A stretch of DNA of 64,000 nucleotides from assembly GCF_006345805.1 (NCBI RefSeq), contig NC_043001.1, positions 10,478,001-10,542,000 on the forward strand, in the 5' to 3' direction. Every line of letters starts with the position of its first letter. Position 1 is the first letter of the stretch. The notes below the pieces were generated by a model. The model worked only from the letters and a program-made list of their open reading frames with translations. It was not told the DNA's origin and searched no databases. Made by a program: the position numbers and the translations under genes. The stretch comes from Octopus sinensis (taxonomy: Eukaryota). Of the stretch, positions 62,543-64,000 are shown in pieces.

Positions 62543-64000
62543 GGTATTTGAGACCCTAAAAAAGTCATGGACACTACACTTATTTTAAGTTCTGTGGACA
62601 AAAAATATCCAAAAACTATCTACAAGTGGAAGTGAAGTTCACTTCAGTTCTACAAGCTACAGAAAGATTTTGATAATGGTTCAAATATTGGTATGGCAAA
62701 TTGTTCCTACTTTGCAAGGTTTATTGTTGATCTGGTCAATCGGCTTTTTTGCGTATACACACACTCTTACTACTTGCCTTGTTTTGCTTTCTGGACAGCT
62801 CATAAATTCTTTTGTATGTGTAAACATTTGTAGCAGAATTTCACAGAAATATGTCCACTTCCCCTCACACACCTGTGTCCTTTCCTCGTATTATACACGT
62901 CGATTAACATATACATGTGTGAGTTATATCACGTAAAAAGCTTCCATTCACCTAGACATCCTTATCCCCACCACACCCCCACCTCCAATGCCATAATATG
63001 TGGTTAAGATTCGTTTACCTAAATTAGGGAAATTTGCATACTGATGGAGCATTTGTTTTTACAGCTAACCACTCACTGATTTATGAGCCAGACAGACTGA
63101 GGCAGGCAGAATTTAGTGTCTTGCCCAGAGGCACAGCACAATGACTGTTCTAGTAAGTTACCGTAATCAAACTCTTTAGCATCGTCACAGCCGTTGTGCC
63201 TGAATACGAGTATGTTACAAATTAGATTAGCTCTGCAGTTAGTTCTGGTCACCTCCCATTGCATACGGTCACTAATTGTTTTAACTGAGTTCCCGTTGTA
63301 CAATGTAAAGTATGAAGCAACTGCTAAGATTTAAATCTAAACGCTATCAGGCACTGTTAGTAAGTACCAATTTAAAGATGGAAAAGTGAAACACACCCAC
63401 TGACAGGATGAAGAGATGCAATTATACACATACCTGATATTGTGTATTTGGTTGAATCAGTCACCTAGCAAAGCAGTGGATGTATATTCCAACTTCTGTC
63501 CGTGGGTCTGTTGCTTTTCCATGTCTTAAATTCATACTTAACGATGTGTTACGTCTCACAATTTAACATAAGCTGAGAAAAATGCAAGAAATGGACTTTT
63601 CTTTCTCATATATATTTCTGTTTCTCTATTTTCCAAATTTTAATTCTTTCTATATTTTTCAAGTTCCCATAATCTCACAAAACATGTTCTTTCAGTGTAC
63701 CACTTATGTTATTCTCTTTTTATTTTTTTTCCTATTCACCATATGCATCCACATCACAAAACCACTTCAGTTTCTTTCAACCAACTAAAATTGCCACAAT
63801 TGTCTTGTCCTTTTCAACCTATTATCCACTCCACTCTCTTACCATTTTCTGTTCCCATGGAAACTCTCTTTCTTATATATATATATATATGCTTATTATT
63901 ATTTTTTTTTCTAATTAACTATTTTAGTTTCCCTATTAAGTGCTTTCAAATTTTCATTTTGTTGTATATTATCTTGGAAACAGGCAATCACTATTACACT

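Noticed and set aside
63065-63152. Exon-like segment with a strong acceptor and gtaagt donor, in phase with exon F
   Set aside because: It contains an in-frame stop and includes gtcttgcccagaggcacagcaca, which resembles an antisense SINE head remnant.

Overview
AT-rich eukaryotic genomic DNA; the SINE, RTE-LINE and (TA)n/(TG)n repeat landscape looks like a coleoid cephalopod, most likely Octopus (inference from repeat recognition, not a database match). The window holds six in-frame exons of one + strand gene of the nephrin / sticks-and-stones / hibris / SYG-2 Ig-superfamily group. In order they encode the end of an Ig domain, a complete split Ig domain, a split FN3 domain and the transmembrane segment: 1-110, 4422-4540, 19483-19663, 20402-20587, 24528-24626 and 30211-30372. 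All introns are GT-AG with matching phases. Four of the six exons are absent from the supplied ORF track. No cytoplasmic-tail exon could be identified with confidence in the remaining 33.6 kb. The rest is intron packed with four tRNA-headed SINE types, a headless RTE-tailed element, decayed RTE, CR1-like, R4/Dong-like and Penelope-like retroelements, piggyBac-type and Tc1/mariner-type MITEs, and microsatellites. I see no prokaryotic features, no CRISPR array and no new protein-coding system; most ORF-track entries are repeat artefacts. The best leads are: (i) minimal hammerhead-ribozyme motifs and fold-back elements of Penelope type, one with an intact catalytic core on the pre-mRNA strand; (ii) a SINE whose target-site duplications start with the GGTA of its own 3' end and which forms mono-, di- and trimers at a matching site in its own head; (iii) a composite MITE dimer with the same captured spacer at two loci; (iv) a microsatellite-associated RLE retrotransposon fragment abutting a splice acceptor.
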